A stretch of 64,000 nt of DNA from Mobula hypostoma. Its lineage: Eukaryota. Numbering within the stretch: the stretch's first letter is position 1; each line of letters starts with the position of its first letter. The notes under the pieces were generated by a model. That model ran no database searches, was not told the origin of the DNA, and worked only from the letters and a program-made list of their open reading frames with translations. The stretch lies in contig NC_086109.1 of assembly GCF_963921235.1 (NCBI RefSeq), positions 16,680,001 through 16,744,000 on the forward strand, read 5' to 3'. Of this stretch, positions 61,740-64,000 are shown piece by piece. A program made the translations under genes and the position numbers.

Positions 61740-62648
61740 CTAGAATGGTTGGGGGGTGGGAATCAAATTAAAGCGGCTAGGTGTGAGGAGGTTAGTTCAC
61801 AACAGAGGGATGGGAACCAGTGCAGAGAGACAGAGGGGTGTAAAGTGAGCGTAGAAGCAAAAAGTACAAAGGGGAAAAGTAAAAGTGGCAGGCCGACAAA
61901 TCCAGGGCAAGCATTAAAAAGGGCCACTTTTCAACATAATTGTATAAGGGCTAAGAGAGTTGTAAAAGAGCGCCTGAAGGCTTTATGTGTCAATGCAAGG
62001 AGCATTCGTAATAAGGTGGATGAATTGAAAGTGCAGATTGTTATTAATGATTATGATATAGTTGGGATCACAGAGACATGGCTCCAGGGTGACCAGGGAT
62101 GGGAGCTCAACGTTCAGGGATATTCAATATTCAGGAGGGATAGACATGAGGAGGTGGGGTGGCGTTGCTGGTTAAAAAAGAGATTAACGCAATAGAAAGG
62201 AAGGACATAAGCCGGGAAGATGTGGAATCGATATGGGTAGAGCTGCGTAACACTAAGGGGCAGAAGACGCTGGTGGGAGTTGTGTACAGGCCACCTAACA
62301 GTAGTAGTGAGGTCGGAGATGGTATTAAACAGGAAATTAGAAATGTGTGCAATAAAGGAACAGCAGTTATAATGGGTGACTTCAATCTACATGTAGACTG
62401 GGTGAACCAAATTGGTAAAGGTGCTGAGGAAGAGGATTTCTTGGAATGTATGCGGGATGGTTTTTTGAACCAACATGTCGAGGAACCGACTAGAGAGCAG
62501 GCTATTCTGGACTGGGTTTTGAGCAATGAGGAAGGGTTAATTAGCGATCTTGTCGTGAGAGGCCCCTTGGGTAAGAGTGACCATAATATGGTGGAATTCT
62601 TCATTAACATGGAGAGTGACGTAGTTAATTCAGAAACAAAGGTTCTTA
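61740..62648 (+). mobile_element. Young CR1 fragment with APE endonuclease only
   Basis: LCVNARSIRNKVDEL, VGITETWL, VGVVYRPP, IMGDFN, ILDWVL, LGKSDHNMV; one frameshift near 62150. Confidence 0.92.
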
Positions 62649-63474
62649 AAGTATATGGGTGAACCGCAGGCAAATAGGAATAGATGACAGTGATATCTTG
62701 GTCAGCATGGACAAGTCAGGCCGAAGGGCCTGATTCTGTGCTGATTAACTCAGTGACTCTCTGATAATAATTGTATCTCTGTGGTACAAAGCTGGTATTG
62801 TTCAGTGCCCATGAACAGGCAGAATTCAGTGTATTGAAGTGATGGGAAAAGTACAGAATGCAAACTGCTGATAAAACAATGTTATACGTATTTATGATGG
62901 GAAAGTGTATCAATCTCATCTGTTGCATGCTTTCTTATCAGTACCTGCACCTTAGCAATGTAAAACAAGAGTCAAAAGTCCACATTAAATTATTCAGTCC
63001 ATGCATTTAGGTAGGTGTAAGATTACTCTCCACCCTCCTTAGACAATTTCATGTCATCCAAAAGTTTGCAGGGTGCGATTGATATTCTGAAGTACTCCAT
63101 TTTTACAGGCAATTCTTGGACAGCATACCATGTCACTTCACAGGGAAGCAAAACGTCACACCATACCATGAATGGTGAAATAAGAGCTGATGACCAAAAG
63201 CTTTACCTGAAATGTAGGGTTTAAAAAACATTCTAAAAGAGCACAGAAACATGAAGAACTTTAGGAAAGCAAGTTAGGGCCGTAATTAGGGGAAATTACG
63301 CCCATTCCCTTCGAGCAATTAAAATCAGAGAGGTACAATGGATCAGAATTGGAGGCATGAAGAGATTGAAGAGGGTTACAGAGGTAGGGCAGGGAGATGT
63401 CATGGAATATTTAATAAAAACTGTGAGAATTTTTAAAATCTTCACCTTTTATACAACTTAATATTAAAAATTAA

Positions 63475-63770
63475 AGAAAAGATTAAAGATCTGCTTTATT
63501 TGTCACATGTACATCGAAGAATGAAATGCATCATTTGTGTCAACAACCAACATAGTCCAAGGATTGTACTTGCCCGCAGGTGTCTGCACACTTCTGGCAC
63601 CAACGTAGCATGCCCACAGCTTACTAACCCTAACCCATATGTCTTTGCGATGTGAGGAAACCCACACGGTCACACAAAGAACAAACAAAGTCCTTACAGA
63701 CAGCATCGGAAATTGAACCCAGATTGCTGGCAATATAAAGTGTTGCACTAACCATTAATCTACCATGCTT
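63475..63770 (-). mobile_element. V-SINE-type SINE with alternative tail
   Basis: Reverse-complement head, V-domain remnant and tail matching 6745-7170 and 58250-58480. Confidence 0.75.
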
Positions 63771-64000
63771 CCCCACCCCCATGATCACATCTAACCTAAA
63801 TAAAGATTCATCTGCATTAGATCAACTGTTAATAAATAAAAACTGTGAACGAAGTAATAAGAGGTGGCTCTGCATATGGGGGCGGGGGGGGTGCACCCGC
63901 ACAATGAAGCAGCGATAGGTAGTTTGTGTTCCAGTAGGAGACCATTAGAGCGATATTGAGGCAGGATTGGATTTGTGGGCAAATTACCAGGAGACAGTAA

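Overview
Eukaryotic, repeat-dense and essentially non-coding vertebrate DNA. The repeat complement (many CR1 LINEs with (TTCTATGT)n tails, HE1/V-SINE-type SINEs, Rex1/Babar-type LINEs, Deu-domain SINE relics, GIY-YIG Penelope-like elements) points to a cartilaginous fish, probably a ray; this is inference. Almost all long ORFs in the track are decayed transposon fragments, their antisense shadows, or low-complexity sequence. I recognised no host protein-coding gene. A few exon-like segments with good splice signals, including a 9-nt microexon candidate, are reported at low confidence. Main structures: (1) Penelope-like elements carrying minimal hammerhead-ribozyme motifs, two of them tail-out inverted insertions with clear TSDs; (2) a 5'-truncated Gypsy element with its 3' LTR and PPT, and four nested insertions; (3) a non-coding ~970-bp composite retroelement (ETS/YY1-like head, 44-bp VNTR, tail shared with a SINE); (4) a TSD-flanked tRNA SINE unlike the usual elasmobranch SINEs; (5) a Tc1-derived MITE family with three TIRs; (6) an old ~1-kb foldback, a solo LTR, an 83-bp hAT MITE, and a unique island between kb-scale purine and pyrimidine tracts. 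Family names come from remembered motifs, not database searches. Boundaries of old repeats are approximate.
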